Source of the DNA: Candidatus Poribacteria bacterium
GTDB taxonomy: Bacteria; Poribacteria; WGA-4E; WGA-3G
Reading direction: 5' to 3'
DNA: 64,000 bases
NCBI GenBank assembly: GCA_965205025.1
Contig: CBDBFU010000014.1
Coordinates: forward strand, 320,001-384,000
The notes beneath the pieces were generated by a model. That model was not told the DNA's origin. It ran no database searches and saw only the letters and a list, made by a program, of their open reading frames with translations. Made by a program: the position numbers and the translations under genes. Below are positions 63,724-64,000 of the stretch, one piece after another (within the stretch, counting starts at the first letter, position 1; each line of letters opens with the position of its first letter).

Positions 63724-64000
63724 ATGACGAATTACGGACCAATGTCTTATGAAGACCATTGGAGTTCTCCGGTGGCTATGGATCTTTTCGGGCAATGGCT
63801 ATCTTTACGAGAAGTGGTAGAAAAAAAAACCGATCAAGTATCATTTACCGATTTGTCCTTTGAGAAGAAATCAGAATTGGTTGTGGAACGTATTCGGTTA
63901 CGTCCACAATTTGAGATGAGCGTGATAGGTAAAGAAATTATTGACAAAAAACGGGCCATCAAAGAAGTGAAACGTCGAACGTCCTTGGGTCGCACCTTAA
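63724..64000 (+). CDS. Hypothetical protein, runs off the window
   Basis: AGGAG RBS; open frame MTNYGPMSYEDHWSSP...EVKRRTSLGRTL. Confidence 0.7.
   Translation, partial: MTNYGPMSYEDHWSSPVAMDLFGQWLSLREVVEKKTDQVSFTDLSFEKKSELVVERIRLRPQFEMSVIGKEIIDKKRAIKEVKRRTSLGRTL

Overview
AT-rich bacterial chromosome segment. Gene content (giant Ig/CARDB/LRR surface protein ending in LLANYPNP, ECF sigma fused to a membrane-anchored domain, five sulfatase-fold genes, three PhyH dioxygenases, TPR protein) suggests Candidatus Poribacteria; this is inference. Housekeeping blocks are rbsK, birA, trpD-trpC, purL-purQ, pgl, the rimP-nusA-ylxR-infB-ylxP-rbfA-nrnA-ribF operon and a CCA-type nucleotidyltransferase. Accessory genes include a Tsp45I-like RM pair, an m6A-MTase-HNH fusion and a DUF3223 protein. 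An intact IS701-like element (13-bp TIRs, 5-bp TSD) splits the giant surface protein. The most unusual signal is intergenic: a hierarchy of nested small mobile DNAs. These are GTAG-type REP hairpins, at least four MITE families (one duplicating a whole 20-bp palindrome), and a ~35-bp hairpin micro-element with 13 copies that shows covarying stems, makes no TSD, and inserts into other hairpins and into itself. Six homopolymer indels in five genes are probably assembly errors. No rRNA, tRNA, CRISPR array or reverse transcriptase was seen.
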